This document shows, in pieces, positions 63,604 through 64,000 of a DNA stretch of 64,000 bases (position 1 is its first letter; each line of letters begins with the position of its first letter). The DNA is from a virus. Taxonomy: Duplodnaviria > Caudoviricetes. The position numbers were made by a program, and so were the translations under genes. Under the pieces are notes generated by a model. That model ran no database searches and had not been told where the DNA came from. It worked only from the letters and a program-made list of their open reading frames with translations. The stretch is from the IMG/VR virus record IMGVR_UViG_3300025902_000014, positions 1-64,000 of that record, one strand, 5' to 3'.

Positions 63604-64000
63604 ATTCTCCGACGCTACGACTCAGCGGTGATGGAGTTCCTTCGGGCCTCCATAAACGGGGAGAAGATCCCCATGGGCTTTGCCACGCCCCGCCGCGAGT
63701 TCGGGACGCAGGAAGAGATGAACCCCATGGAGGCCGGGGATGTCCCGGTTCATGGGAGCAAGACGGTCAAGCTCCCGAGCATGGTCGTCCAGCGGCTCAA
63801 CTGGACCCTCGCCGAGAACAGGATGAACTACACCCGGCACCGGAAGATCCGGTGGTCGGATGACCTGAACCTCGTGACGCAGGCCCAGCACCCGATCGCC
63901 TACGACATCGCCTACCAGCTCGACATCTGGACGAAGTACCGGGATGACGCGAACATTCTGACGAGTGCGGTCATCATCAAGTTCCCTCGTCGGATGGCGA
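63604..64000 (+). CDS. tail terminator/sheath stabiliser (T4 gp15-like), 3' truncated; probable ATT start
   Basis: manual translation LRRYDSAVMEF...KLPSMVVQR...PIAYDIAYQLDIWTKYRDDANIL; AAGGAGG 5 nt before ATT. Confidence 0.75.
   Translation, partial: MLRRYDSAVMEFLRASINGEKIPMGFATPRREFGTQEEMNPMEAGDVPVHGSKTVKLPSMVVQRLNWTLAENRMNYTRHRKIRWSDDLNLVTQAQHPIAYDIAYQLDIWTKYRDDANILTSAVIIKFPRRMA

Noticed and set aside
1-64000. CRISPR array, full tRNA or rRNA genes, integrase/transposase, alternative genetic code
   Set aside because: No regularly spaced repeats or cloverleafs seen; TAA, TAG and TGA all end well-defined genes

Overview
A GC-rich (roughly two-thirds G+C by eye), gene-dense segment of a large T4-like (contractile-tail, gp21/gp23-type) bacteriophage genome. 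Nearly every credible gene is on the + strand. Layout: (1) 1-11 kb, recombination, DNA-processing and regulation: RecA/UvsX, Mre11-Rad50 (SbcD-SbcC), resolvase-like nuclease, NYN, ParB-like, HTH, Acb2/Tad1-like sponge, sigma-like and Mor-like proteins. (2) 11-42 kb, about 80 small accessory ORFs behind about 18 sigma70-type TTGAC-N16-18-TAnnnT promoters, many of them leaderless. (3) 42-64 kb, head and neck module: prohead protease-scaffold, major capsid protein, gp13/gp14/gp15-like proteins, plus homing endonucleases. Two systems stand out. (a) About 17 otherwise unrelated small proteins share an N-terminal leader (M-K/R-V/I-x-T-x-L-T/V/A-E-A/S-L-x-E or MRIAEQL/I...E) that looks like a capsid-targeting propeptide cleaved by the prohead protease, i.e. 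a modular packaged-cargo system. (b) The accessory region holds truncated or catalytically dead copies of virion proteins: two major-capsid fragments, a dead prohead protease, two tail-sheath C-terminal domains and a tail-tube-like protein. These may be decoys or assembly inhibitors. Also seen: several structured intergenic RNAs (one beside a degenerate Ro60/TROVE gene), a candidate late-promoter motif ACTATC, nested in-frame starts in the protease gene and an apparent ATT start codon. All family calls are by-eye motif recognition; no searches were run.
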